Source: a virus
Length of the DNA stretch: 41,845 nucleotides
Virus genome (UHGV): UHGV-1350644
Reading direction: 5' to 3' (one strand)
Made by a program: the position numbers and the translations under genes
The notes under the pieces: model-generated
Told to the model about the DNA's origin: nothing
What the model saw: the letters and a program-made list of their open reading frames with translations, nothing else
Databases searched by the model: none
In this document: piece after piece, positions 1 to 8,658 of the stretch
Layout: the number at the start of each line of letters is the position of its first letter
How positions within the stretch are numbered: position 1 is the stretch's first letter

Positions 1-1
1 A

Positions 2-166
2 GCAAAGAAAATTGCTAACCGCAAATGGGATGCCGAAAACCTAACAGCAATAACAATCCGATTGCCAAAAAAAATGGCAGTGGATTTCAAAACAAAGTGT
101 AAAAAAGATGGCATATCACAAGCGGGCATCATAAAAGAGTATATCGAAGATTTTTTAGGGAAATAA
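2..166 (+). CDS. Ribbon-helix-helix (CopG/Arc/MetJ-like) DNA-binding protein, C-terminal part. The N-terminus is at 41826..41845 if the molecule is circular.
   Basis: Open frame from position 2 with no start codon: ...ITIRLPKKMAVDFKTKCKKDGISQAGIIKEYIEDFLGK*. Beta-strand, helix, helix pattern typical of RHH proteins. Confidence 0.6.
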   Translation, partial: AKKIANRKWDAENLTAITIRLPKKMAVDFKTKCKKDGISQAGIIKEYIEDFLGK

Positions 167-227
167 CAATCCCTAAAAAATATATACACCGCTTGCAGTG
201 TATGCCAACCAAGAAAGGAATGAAAAA

Positions 228-722
228 ATGAAGTATTTTAGCAACATCAACACAATAGAAGAATTAAAGAAACAGTATTTCGCATTAGCGAAGAAATACC
301 ATTCAGACATTACCGGCGGCAGCGATGACATCATGAAGCAGATCAACGCAGAATATGCGGAGCTGCACAAAAGATATAAGGACATCCACACCAGCCACAA
401 GCCGGAACAGGAGACTTACACCGCTACAGAATCAACAAGTGAATGCCCGGAGGATTTCATCAACATCGTATCCGAACTGTTAAAAATGGGCTTGAACGTG
501 GAATTATGCGGTCGCTGGTTATGGATTAGCGGAGACACAAAGCCGCATAAAGACCAGTTGAAGGCTATCGGCTGCAAGTGGTCCGCTAAAAAAGGCATGT
601 GGTCATGGCACTACCCGGAGGACGGCAAGAGATACCACAAAAAAACAAGCAGCATAGAAGAAATCAGAGAAACATACGGCAGCGTTAGTTTCCAGTTTCA
701 ACAGCAGATGCAGTTAGCTTAA
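228..722 (+). CDS. J-domain-like protein (HPD motif replaced by HSD), with a Trp-rich C-terminal domain
   Basis: RBS aaagga sits 8 nt upstream of the ATG at 228; the track's GTG at 198 lacks an RBS. The LKKQYFALAKKYHSD...IMKQINAEYAEL pattern resembles DnaJ helix II, loop and helix III. Confidence 0.55.
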   Translation: MKYFSNINTIEELKKQYFALAKKYHSDITGGSDDIMKQINAEYAELHKRYKDIHTSHKPEQETYTATESTSECPEDFINIVSELLKMGLNVELCGRWLWISGDTKPHKDQLKAIGCKWSAKKGMWSWHYPEDGKRYHKKTSSIEEIRETYGSVSFQFQQQMQLA

Positions 723-771
723 TCAATAGCCCCGCCGGGCGGGCAAAAGCCCGGCAGGAACGGAGGAAAAC

Positions 772-1209
772 ATGTACACAACCACAAAAGACGGAGTAAC
801 AGAATACCACATGACCACATACACCTATGAACCGAAAATCTATACAACAGGAGCTGACCTATTAGCTGCCGACCGCAGAGCAGCAGAGGACATCGCACAA
901 CTAACGCATTACATAACAGCGTTGAAGCAGTACCGCAAAAGCCTTGCGGAACGCATGGAACAGCTCGCAACGATGGGATTTTATACAAAGTGTGAGCTGC
1001 GGAGGGAAAGACGCTGGCGGGACTCGAAAGTGTTCTACTACATCACAATATCAATGGTTTTCGATGATGGCACAGAGCAGATAACCGAAAGCACAAATTA
1101 CAGCGGCACAGAGCGAAACAAAGCCCTTGCAGACTATGAATCAATGCGGAAAGCAAACCCGCACTGGAAGTGCAGCAAGGATATTGAGCGAAAAGCATGG
1201 GAAAAATGA
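772..1209 (+). CDS. hypothetical protein
   Basis: ORF with a ggagg RBS, preceded by a GC-rich hairpin at 727-760. Confidence 0.5.
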   Translation: MYTTTKDGVTEYHMTTYTYEPKIYTTGADLLAADRRAAEDIAQLTHYITALKQYRKSLAERMEQLATMGFYTKCELRRERRWRDSKVFYYITISMVFDDGTEQITESTNYSGTERNKALADYESMRKANPHWKCSKDIERKAWEK

Positions 1210-1275
1210 CTTTTCGCCCCGTCTGCCGGTACAAGTCCGGCACTGATGAGCAAGAGCGAAACGGAGGTAATGAAA

Positions 1276-1428
1276 ATGAGAAAAGAAATGAACTGTTATG
1301 AAGAAAAGGAAATGCAACAACTTGAAAGAGGGTTAAAACGTGACGGTTTCAGGAAAACAGCTGATTGCATGTGGGCAAAGATTTACGAGAAAGACAACGA
1401 AATGGTCGTTTTAACTCGCGAATGGTAG
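1276..1428 (+). CDS. small hypothetical protein
   Basis: ggagg RBS 9 nt upstream of the ATG at 1276. It is the last gene before the terminator. Confidence 0.3.
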   Translation: MRKEMNCYEEKEMQQLERGLKRDGFRKTADCMWAKIYEKDNEMVVLTREW

Positions 1429-1431
1429 CGT

Positions 1432-1465
1432 TGAAAAAAGCAAGGCATAGCACCTTGCTTTTTTC
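1432..1465. terminator. Bidirectional rho-independent terminator between the converging + accessory operon and the - early operon
   Basis: gcaagg-catagca-ccttgc hairpin flanked by A6 on one side and T6 on the other. Confidence 0.65.
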
Positions 1466-1753
1466 TTATAACTCTTTTTTCAGTTCCTCAAGCCTTGCGA
1501 TCAGCCGGTCAATTTCTTCTGTGGTTTCAATCTTTACGCTTTTTCTCCCGTCCGCAAAGCCTGCTTCATACTGCTGCCGATCGTACTCCAATGCCTTTAT
1601 CAGTTCGTCTTTTTCGACATAGATGCCATATTTTCTGACAAATGAATAGACATCGTTTTCGATCTGTTCTTTTTGCTTGTCTATTCCGTCATAAATGATT
1701 CTAATTGGTGACTCATAGCCTAGTTTTTTGAACACTTCTCCTATTCTGTCCAT
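1466..1753 (-). CDS. hypothetical protein
   Basis: ORF; last gene of the early leftward operon. Confidence 0.5.
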   Translation of the reverse strand: MDRIGEVFKKLGYESPIRIIYDGIDKQKEQIENDVYSFVRKYGIYVEKDELIKALEYDRQQYEAGFADGRKSVKIETTEEIDRLIARLEELKKEL

Positions 1754-1754
1754 T

Positions 1755-2210
1755 TTATCCCCTTTCTATGACCTTGTAATCGGCGATTTCACGGAGTTTT
1801 TTTCTCAACTTGCTCAATCGGTCATAGGTTGCAGTTCTGTCGTATCCTAGCGCATTTTTGAGGTCCTCAAAGTTCTTTGTTCCCTTTTGCTGCGCTATGT
1901 ACTGAATCATCAATAGTTCGTCTGAATCTAAATCGGCAGTCAGTTTGTCATAGGCATTCAGATATTCTTGATATTCCCTGATTTCCCAGTCGATTTTTTC
2001 CCTGCGCTGCGCCCGCTGCGCGGTCGGGTCCGATATTCCGCTGCCGCGAACATGGGAATAGTCCATGCCGCCGGAATCGGCAGCAGCTTCTTTTTCTGAT
2101 TTCAGTTCTGACAACTTCCGTAAATTCTCATCGTGATCTATTAGAAACCTGTCAACATCGAAATTATAATATTTCTCTATCATGTTTTTTCTCCTCGTAT
2201 TTTTTCTCAA
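1755..2210 (-). CDS. Putative late-gene transcriptional activator (ArpU/RinA/sigma-70 region-4-like)
   Basis: C-terminal helix-turn-helix-like segment LDSDELLMIQYIAQQKGTKNFEDLKNALGYDRTATYDRLSKL. It sits at the end of the early operon just before the packaging module on the circular map. Confidence 0.4.
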   Translation of the reverse strand: MRKNTRRKNMIEKYYNFDVDRFLIDHDENLRKLSELKSEKEAAADSGGMDYSHVRGSGISDPTAQRAQRREKIDWEIREYQEYLNAYDKLTADLDSDELLMIQYIAQQKGTKNFEDLKNALGYDRTATYDRLSKLRKKLREIADYKVIERG

Positions 2211-2466
2211 ATAACTGAAACATATCAGACAAACCTTGCTCTATATCTGCAATGTCATATTCAAAATACGCAATTTTTTTCGGATAAGAAAGCGCAGCAG
2301 CCGCGCCATTTTTTTCTATGCCTATCGTTATTGTCCTTGTATGGGAATCGTCAGTAAAATGTGTCTTTATTCCTTTTTTTTCGCATTCTGATATGAAATC
2401 ATTTATCAGCTTGTAGAATCGTTCCTTTCTTTCCATGCTTTTTTCGTAAAAACCGGTTTCAATCAT
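2164..2466 (-). CDS. hypothetical protein
   Basis: ORF. Confidence 0.45.
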   Translation of the reverse strand: MIETGFYEKSMERKERFYKLINDFISECEKKGIKTHFTDDSHTRTITIGIEKNGAAAALSYPKKIAYFEYDIADIEQGLSDMFQLFEKKYEEKKHDREIL

Positions 2467-2643
2467 CTTCTCCCTCCCCCACTATAGCTTTTACGTATTC
2501 TGCTAGTTTTTCTTCATCCATATTTTTCACTCTTTCAAGCTCGTTTTGCAGTTCTTCTTCGCTTAGTATCGGTTTCAGATACATTCGTATCAACGCTGGA
2601 GCCCAAGCTCTAAGTATGAAATGTTCCAACGCATCTACCCCCT

Positions 2644-3021
2644 CTAATAATCATCCGGTTTCCTTCCTTCGTGCGTGCGCTCCACTAACTCCATAATGCA
2701 GTAGTTCGCCAGGTCCAGCAGCGTATCATCCACTGATTCGTCCTGTACATGCCTTTCTGCCCCATTCATCAGCGTTTCAAGGCGGTTCAGCTTGTCGTTC
2801 AGCCTGATTAGAATAGCATTCGGATACTTATTCCGCACCATTGCAAAACTGTCTCCATAATCGGCGTTTTTAGCCTTGTAGGTGTCGTGCAGATCCCGGC
2901 AGATTGTCCAGTGAATGCATTCTTTCTCGTCTTGGAATTCAATCCATGTATTTTTTGCTTTTTTTATCACTTCGTTAATTGCACTAACACTATCATTAAA
3001 ATCTTTTTCTGTTTCTGTCAT
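2644..3021 (-). CDS. DUF1599-like (nucleotide-modification-associated) protein
   Basis: KAKNADYGDSF...NDKLNRLETL pattern recalled from the DUF1599 family. Confidence 0.35.
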   Translation of the reverse strand: MTETEKDFNDSVSAINEVIKKAKNTWIEFQDEKECIHWTICRDLHDTYKAKNADYGDSFAMVRNKYPNAILIRLNDKLNRLETLMNGAERHVQDESVDDTLLDLANYCIMELVERTHEGRKPDDY

Positions 3022-3178
3022 TTTTGCTCTCCTTTCAACGCTTCCACTGCCATCCGGCAGGCTTCTTCTACAGCTGCCATCTTCGCTTCTTCGCCTTTGA
3101 ATCCTGCATAGTATTCTATCTCCCAGAGGGCATCCCGGGTTGTTGCCGGGTCTAGGATTTTAATTGCTTCTTCTGTTG

Positions 3179-3415
3179 TCATTGTTCCACCTCGTTATTG
3201 AGCCATTCTTCTTTGCAGGCATAGCAAGTATCTCTGCCAATGTCGTGATTTTTACAATGACATCTTTTATCACCTTCATAATAAGGGCAAGCGATATTGT
3301 AATATACCATTGCTTCATATGATGCACCGTCGTCATCACTACTTATGCGCTTGGAATCTGCTTCGTTTCCCAATCCGTCCAGCAGTAGATAGATTATGTA
3401 TGCTCTGTTTGTCAT
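3179..3415 (-). CDS. Cys-rich small protein
   Basis: ORF with CxxC and CxC clusters. Confidence 0.4.
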   Translation of the reverse strand: MTNRAYIIYLLLDGLGNEADSKRISSDDDGASYEAMVYYNIACPYYEGDKRCHCKNHDIGRDTCYACKEEWLNNEVEQ

Positions 3416-3705
3416 TCTGCCTCACTCCAATCTATGGTTTGCCCGCACACGGGACAGTTTCTGTGCCAATACGGTCTTTTGATTGCGTCCATTGCAACCT
3501 CTGCTCCGAATGAATAATCGCATTGTGGGCAAAAAGCGTTGTAAATCGTGATTTTAGGTTTTCTCGGTTCTTGAAATCCTGCCGATTCCGCACACAGTGA
3601 CAAAAATTCTATGTTTTCTGATGTTGGTCTGATCGTTACCGTGCTGCCAGATCTTAACTGATCCACGATACTTAAACCTATATCCATTGCTTCTTCATAT
3701 GTCAT
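3412..3705 (-). CDS. zinc-ribbon small protein
   Basis: CPQC...CPVC motifs. Confidence 0.45.
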   Translation of the reverse strand: MTYEEAMDIGLSIVDQLRSGSTVTIRPTSENIEFLSLCAESAGFQEPRKPKITIYNAFCPQCDYSFGAEVAMDAIKRPYWHRNCPVCGQTIDWSEAE

Positions 3706-3996
3706 TATTTCTCACCTTCCTCGCTATCAAAACAAGCATTACAATTACCATCGCAACCTATTAACTCCATATCTTCTGCATCAATATCGTCGCACCACAT
3801 ATTCAGTATTTCGCACCAGTTCATTCCTGCTCACCTCCATTATTATTTAAAAAATCAAAAAACGCATTTGAGCATTCTTTACAAAAATAAAGATCCCACA
3901 ATTTTCCATAACCTTTTTCAGATACTTCTATATGTTTCCAGTCTTTTCTTGTTTCGTAATCAACAGTATTTTTTCTGCATCTATCACATACTATCA

Positions 3997-4764
3997 TCAT
4001 TTCTGATCGCCATCCTTTGCAAATGGATCATATTCACTTGATGCTGCTTCTTCAATTCTCTTTTTTGCTATCTCAAAATAGCCTTCATCAAGTTCCATAC
4101 CTATAAAATTTCTGTTTGTGTTCACACAGGCAACCCCTGTGCTGCCGCTACCCATGCAGTTGTCAAGCACCGTGTCCCCATCGTTTGTGTATGTCTTAAT
4201 CAACCATTCCAAAAGAGCAATAGGTTTTTGTGTCGGATGCAATGCTTCTTTTTGTGTGTCCTTCGCAAATATCACGATTGATTTTGGATATCGCTCTGTA
4301 CTATCGTAACTTGTAAGTCCGAATAATCCGTAATTGGTCGTTTCTTTGCAATTTCGCTTGTGCGCCGCTTTTGACACTTTTCTTTTATGTCCAGTAGTTT
4401 TTTGTGGGTTATATGTCGGCAGAGACTTGTAAAATACGCAGATATCCTCATGTGTGCGAAGTGGCATCTTCTTTGCGTTCAAGAACCCTGACGGTTGTGT
4501 TTTCTCCCAAATAAGATTATATCGCCACAAACTGCAATTACTTTTCATTAAATCAGCAGTGAACATACCGTTTGCAAACAATATAATTGCACCATTGTCT
4601 TTAATCGCTCGTTCATATTGACACCATAATGGTTCAAACGGGATTACAGAATCCCACTTGTTTCTTGTAGATCCGTACGGTAAATCGCATAGAATCATGT
4701 CAATACTGCCATCTGGAATGTTTTTCATTAGCTCAAGGCAATCACCTTGTTGTAATTCAATCAT
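3997..4764 (-). CDS. Orphan DNA methyltransferase, beta-class N6A/N4C family (motif IV reads DLPY)
   Basis: N-terminal GDCLELMKNIPDGSIDMILCDLPYG, then HPTQKP and a VLDNCMGSGSTG motif I. This is the typical N6_N4_Mtase order (IV before I). Confidence 0.75.
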   Translation of the reverse strand: MIELQQGDCLELMKNIPDGSIDMILCDLPYGSTRNKWDSVIPFEPLWCQYERAIKDNGAIILFANGMFTADLMKSNCSLWRYNLIWEKTQPSGFLNAKKMPLRTHEDICVFYKSLPTYNPQKTTGHKRKVSKAAHKRNCKETTNYGLFGLTSYDSTERYPKSIVIFAKDTQKEALHPTQKPIALLEWLIKTYTNDGDTVLDNCMGSGSTGVACVNTNRNFIGMELDEGYFEIAKKRIEEAASSEYDPFAKDGDQK

Positions 4765-4767
4765 GCT

Positions 4768-5040
4768 TTATTCCTTTCTCATTTCGCTTTGCAACGATTT
4801 TATGGCTGACCTTAGGTTACTGAATTCTTCCTCAATCAATTCTTCCGGGCTGTCGTAATAAAGCTCGCTACCATATGTGTAATATTCTGTAATTTCGTTT
4901 GCTTTCCCATCTTTTTTAAGTTCCCAGTACAAATCATACAGATCTCCACCATAGTTATCATGCTCCATTGACAAATCTTCTTCACAGTATATCTTGCCTT
5001 TATATTCATAAATCTTTTCTTCTGTCATTACTCTCTCCAA
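4768..5040 (-). CDS. hypothetical protein
   Basis: ORF. Confidence 0.45.
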   Translation of the reverse strand: MERVMTEEKIYEYKGKIYCEEDLSMEHDNYGGDLYDLYWELKKDGKANEITEYYTYGSELYYDSPEELIEEEFSNLRSAIKSLQSEMRKE

Positions 5041-5270
5041 TCATCATAAATTTCAATGAATACATCTTCCGCAGATTTTGTTACAACAATTCCTTTTGCT
5101 TCTATGCTCGCTATATCGACAATATCCTGCAAACTATTAATTTCTATTGTTGCAGAAGCAAGTCCGCACTTTTCATCATGAATTTTCAAATTGAAAGGAT
5201 CCAAAAGTCCTTGAAAATCTTGTAAATTAAGTTTTCCCCAGCTGCTTGTATTGCTAATCTTAACAATCAT
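5028..5270 (-). CDS. hypothetical protein
   Basis: ORF. Confidence 0.4.
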   Translation of the reverse strand: MIVKISNTSSWGKLNLQDFQGLLDPFNLKIHDEKCGLASATIEINSLQDIVDIASIEAKGIVVTKSAEDVFIEIYDDWRE

Positions 5271-5272
5271 TC

Positions 5273-5641
5273 CTACTCACGCTCCTTTACTTCCTCGATG
5301 TCTACCACCTTGAAACAAGTCGGTTGCAAGTCGTTTTCATTGATAAAATCAATGACAAATTTTTCGTATTTACGGGCAAATTTTTTCATTAGGTCTTTAG
5401 GAATTTCCCAACTTTCAGACACTTCGCCAACCTCTTCATGTAATTTTTCGCCCAATTCATATTCGATATCCGGAATCAAAATATCCTGTTTGTCAAATTC
5501 TATATGAACCTTTCTACCGATATATCCACATCCGTATTCTTTTCTGACTTCTTCAATGGCTTCTTCTCTGCTATAGTACCCATCAGTGAACCATTCGCCA
5601 TTGTCACTGATGCACCATCCACTCGTCTCTATGTGTTTCAT
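5273..5641 (-). CDS. hypothetical protein
   Basis: ORF. Confidence 0.45.
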   Translation of the reverse strand: MKHIETSGWCISDNGEWFTDGYYSREEAIEEVRKEYGCGYIGRKVHIEFDKQDILIPDIEYELGEKLHEEVGEVSESWEIPKDLMKKFARKYEKFVIDFINENDLQPTCFKVVDIEEVKERE

Positions 5642-5776
5642 TCCTTTTCACTCTCCTTTACTTCATCTTCGATACGCAATAATTCATCGCAAAACTTGAT
5701 AACTTCTCCTAATGGAACCATTGTGATATCAGTCTCATCCTCATGGAAACGTTCATATAATGCTGTTTTTAAATAA

Positions 5777-6139
5777 TCAATATCCATCGTTTACCTCCGT
5801 ATTCCAACATTCCATGCAATTTTCGTTGCACTGTTCTTCTGGTATCATTCCAAGTTCAACACAACAAGAACGTGGAGACCCGTCTTTGCAAATTTCTGCT
5901 TTCGGGAATTTCTCAAACAAAATATCTTTCCTAGTTTTTCGCGGGTGTTCTTCAGCCCATTTTCGAACGATTTCGGTAGCTTCAACAGGGTGTTCCGCTT
6001 CAAAGTCATAGCAAGTGCAGCTTAATTTATTTTGTAAATATAATGGACAATTTTGACAAAGTACACCAGCACACTTTCCATAAGTTCTTCCCAAACTATT
6101 TAACATTCTTGTTTTTTCAACTAAATAATTAAATTCCAT
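5777..6139 (-). CDS. Cys-rich hypothetical protein
   Basis: 14 Cys in 120 aa. Confidence 0.45.
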   Translation of the reverse strand: MEFNYLVEKTRMLNSLGRTYGKCAGVLCQNCPLYLQNKLSCTCYDFEAEHPVEATEIVRKWAEEHPRKTRKDILFEKFPKAEICKDGSPRSCCVELGMIPEEQCNENCMECWNTEVNDGY

Positions 6140-6533
6140 CGTTTACCTCCGCTAATTTTGCATAGTTCCAGCTCTTCCAGTCATCATAGGCAGTCCATGA
6201 TGTTTGTCCACCGGCAAAGGCATAAACTCTACCGTTCTCATAATGCGAAAAATACCTGCGTGACCATTCTTTCCGTTCTAAATCTTTTACCAAAATCGGA
6301 GTGTCAATTGGAACTTTTGTCCAATCAAATTCCGGCTCGATGCACTCGGCAGCAGCCCATGCCAGAGCAAGTTCATCACAAGTTTTTTTATTAGAATAGG
6401 CATAAAATAAACAGTCGCCACATCTCATGCCCCCGCAAGCACAAATTATATTTGTTGCTCTTTCAACGGCAACCTTTCTTCCCATTCTTGTAATCGGCTC
6501 GATTTCTGCTCTGTGTTTTTCGTAATTAGTCAT
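6129..6533 (-). CDS. hypothetical protein
   Basis: ORF. Confidence 0.45.
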   Translation of the reverse strand: MTNYEKHRAEIEPITRMGRKVAVERATNIICACGGMRCGDCLFYAYSNKKTCDELALAWAAAECIEPEFDWTKVPIDTPILVKDLERKEWSRRYFSHYENGRVYAFAGGQTSWTAYDDWKSWNYAKLAEVNDGI

Positions 6534-6587
6534 TTACTTGCACCTCCCATGGTTCTTCATCTTCCCATTTAATGAAGTTTTTCATCA

Positions 6588-7466
6588 TTACACCTCAATT
6601 CCTGTAATCTCCTTGAATACTTCGGCATCAAAATTCGGAATTTCCTGCACAATTTTCTTATTCTCTTCCGACATTTTCTCCCACCAATTAGTCCATGCTT
6701 CTTGCATTGTGTATTCCTTCAGGTAACCTCCGATCATTTCTTTTTCTGGGTCAGCTTTCTTCTCTTTTTCTGTGTACAGAATCCATTCTGTCAACACAAA
6801 CGGGGCACTGCATAATGCCACATAATACTTGCTTCTGTAGAAATCTTGCAGGCTCATTCCGGATGGTCGATTGAATATTCTAATATTCATATCCGGCTCG
6901 GTGCAAAATACACCGTTAGACCCATCTATCGTGTTCCCATACCCGGTGTTCCTGTCCCCGGTGTTCCAGTCCCCGGTGTTCTTGTCCCCGGTGTTCCCAT
7001 ACCCGGTGTTCCTGTCCCCGGTGTTCTTGTCCCCGGTGTTCTTGTCCCCGGTGTTCTTGTCCCCGGTGTTCCCATGCCCGGTGTTACAGTCCCCGGTGTT
7101 GAACACTCCGGTGTTCCCGTTAACCATGCCTTTCATTGCTTTCAGTTCCTCTCCGACTATCTCACGAACAATCTTAATATGGTCGCTCCCGCATTTCTGA
7201 CCATCGGTCACTTCTTCCCCCAAAACTTCGATTTCGAAGAATCTGTTCAGTTCCTTGTCATTACAAGAATAATGTTCATGTACTTTTCGCAGGCTGTCGC
7301 AGTAATGAAAAACAGTATCACTGCACAATTCCAACGGCTTTCCGTCATGCTCTATCTTATACTCCTTGCCGATTTCGAATTGAAATCCTCTGCATTTCAT
7401 ATCCTTATCCATTCCTTTAATTTTCATTTCTTTTCTCCTTTCCATCTCTGACCGCACAGCGGACAA
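6588..7466 (-). CDS. Pentapeptide-repeat protein (NTGDK/NTGDR/NTGYG, 12 repeats) with N- and C-terminal globular parts
   Basis: A 15-bp tandem DNA repeat at 6939-7118 encodes NTGxx units in frame. Confidence 0.6.
   Translation of the reverse strand: MSAVRSEMERRKEMKIKGMDKDMKCRGFQFEIGKEYKIEHDGKPLELCSDTVFHYCDSLRKVHEHYSCNDKELNRFFEIEVLGEEVTDGQKCGSDHIKIVREIVGEELKAMKGMVNGNTGVFNTGDCNTGHGNTGDKNTGDKNTGDKNTGDRNTGYGNTGDKNTGDWNTGDRNTGYGNTIDGSNGVFCTEPDMNIRIFNRPSGMSLQDFYRSKYYVALCSAPFVLTEWILYTEKEKKADPEKEMIGGYLKEYTMQEAWTNWWEKMSEENKKIVQEIPNFDAEVFKEITGIEV
6939..7118. repeat. 12 tandem 15-bp repeats (consensus gtccccggtgttctt) inside a CDS
   Basis: Read directly: (a/g)t(a/c)cccggtgttcNN units, nearly perfect. 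Confidence 0.9.
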
Positions 7467-7726
7467 AATATATAATCTTCTGCCCCGCCTTCATCCGTCT
7501 GCATTGCCTTTTTACAGCGTCTGCATGTAAATTGTGAACCATCCTCACTGTCTATCTGCGGTGGTAATGGGTCTTGATATTCCACTAGCTGTTCAATGTA
7601 CTTAAACATATAATGAACTTGGAATTTTACTGTTTTGTCATTTCCTCTTCGTTCAATCAGCTTTCGGGTTTGCCTTAACCAGGCAAGCACTGACTTCGGG
7701 GATAATTGATCTCTTCTTGGTGTCAT
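7424..7726 (-). CDS. zinc-ribbon hypothetical protein
   Basis: CRRC...CPLC. Confidence 0.45.
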   Translation of the reverse strand: MTPRRDQLSPKSVLAWLRQTRKLIERRGNDKTVKFQVHYMFKYIEQLVEYQDPLPPQIDSEDGSQFTCRRCKKAMQTDEGGAEDYIFCPLCGQRWKGEKK

Positions 7727-8007
7727 TCTCCGTACCTTACTTCCATTAATTTCAAACTTTGAATATCTTCATAAATTTCCAGTATTTCTTCTTTAACTTC
7801 TTCAATAAATCTTCCGGCTTCTATGGGTGTTTTTTCAATCTCCCACATGGCAGCATCTTCATTGCGAATAACCGCCATGTGGTAATTGTCAGCCACATAA
7901 TACAGCCCTGGTACGCTCTCGCTATCAACGGCATATACATTGGCATTTGTTAATACGCATCCCCAGCGTGTTTGCGAGTACTTCTTCTTGAATTTATATC
8001 TACGCAT
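7723..8007 (-). CDS. hypothetical protein
   Basis: ORF. Confidence 0.4.
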   Translation of the reverse strand: MRRYKFKKKYSQTRWGCVLTNANVYAVDSESVPGLYYVADNYHMAVIRNEDAAMWEIEKTPIEAGRFIEEVKEEILEIYEDIQSLKLMEVRYGE

Positions 8008-8321
8008 CTTCCCTTATCCATATATAACTGCATCCAATCATCGAATGTCATTGTTACCAAGACTTCCGCTCCGTTCTTCTTGTGGAACACTGCCGGAAGT
8101 TCATTCGCTCTTGCATCTCTTTCGGCTTGCTCCATCCAGTCATACAGATGCATCTTCTCTTGGTGCTTTGCTTCAATATGGATGCCCGGCAGTCCTACTA
8201 CATCTGCGTCCCCATTTGCTCCGCAAAACTGCTGACCTCTCCGGGCATCGAAGCCGTATACTCTTAATCTTCGGGCAAGCTCACGCTCAAACCTTGCTCC
8301 TTTAGCTTTACTGTTTGTCAT
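7950..8321 (-). CDS. Holliday-junction resolvase (Hjc-like PD-(D/E)xK nuclease)
   Basis: KGARFERELARRL...GDADVVGLPGIHIEAKH motif. Confidence 0.55.
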   Translation of the reverse strand: MTNSKAKGARFERELARRLRVYGFDARRGQQFCGANGDADVVGLPGIHIEAKHQEKMHLYDWMEQAERDARANELPAVFHKKNGAEVLVTMTFDDWMQLYMDKGRCVDINSRRSTRKHAGDAY

Positions 8322-8647
8322 TCAGCTTTCCTCACTTCCCCGGCGGTATAGGCTCCCTTCGTCCAGCTTCGTATAAGTCCGCTACTTAGCTTTTGAGCTT
8401 CAAAGAAATGGTCATAAATTCTTGTTATTCTGAATTTATAGTCCTTTGTGCTTTCGGCATTGCGGTCTTTCGCATAGATGAAATCTCCGACTCTTAAATC
8501 AAATTTCTGCCTTGCGGGTATTGTCATAATTTCTTTGAATTCCTCTTTGCGGTAACGCTTGCTGCAGGTCGGAGAACAAGTCATTTTATCTTTGCGTTTT
8601 GCGATATACAATTCTCCGCATACCGGGCATTTCCTCAACTCTTTCAT
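8318..8647 (-). CDS. zinc-finger hypothetical protein
   Basis: The start was moved to MKELRKCPVCG so the gene abuts the SSB stop; the track start overlaps SSB by 82 nt. Confidence 0.4.
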   Translation of the reverse strand: MKELRKCPVCGELYIAKRKDKMTCSPTCSKRYRKEEFKEIMTIPARQKFDLRVGDFIYAKDRNAESTKDYKFRITRIYDHFFEAQKLSSGLIRSWTKGAYTAGEVRKAE

Positions 8648-8658
8648 TTTTCGCCCTC

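Noticed and set aside
198-227. GTG start at 198 for the J-domain-like gene
   Set aside because: It has no RBS and overlaps the operator-like element. The ATG at 228 has an aaagga RBS at ideal spacing.
6939-7118. Possible CRISPR array, suggested by the regular short repeats
   Set aside because: The 15-bp units are directly contiguous with no spacers, lie in frame within a CDS (encoding NTGxx) and are far shorter than CRISPR repeats. No cas genes are present.
6846-7451. Plus-strand ORFs 6846..7451 and 6871..7200 (PGVPVPGV / SPVF repeats)
   Set aside because: They are antisense readings of the 15-bp tandem repeat inside the minus-strand gene 6588..7466. They have no RBS and the repeat keeps alternative frames open artificially.
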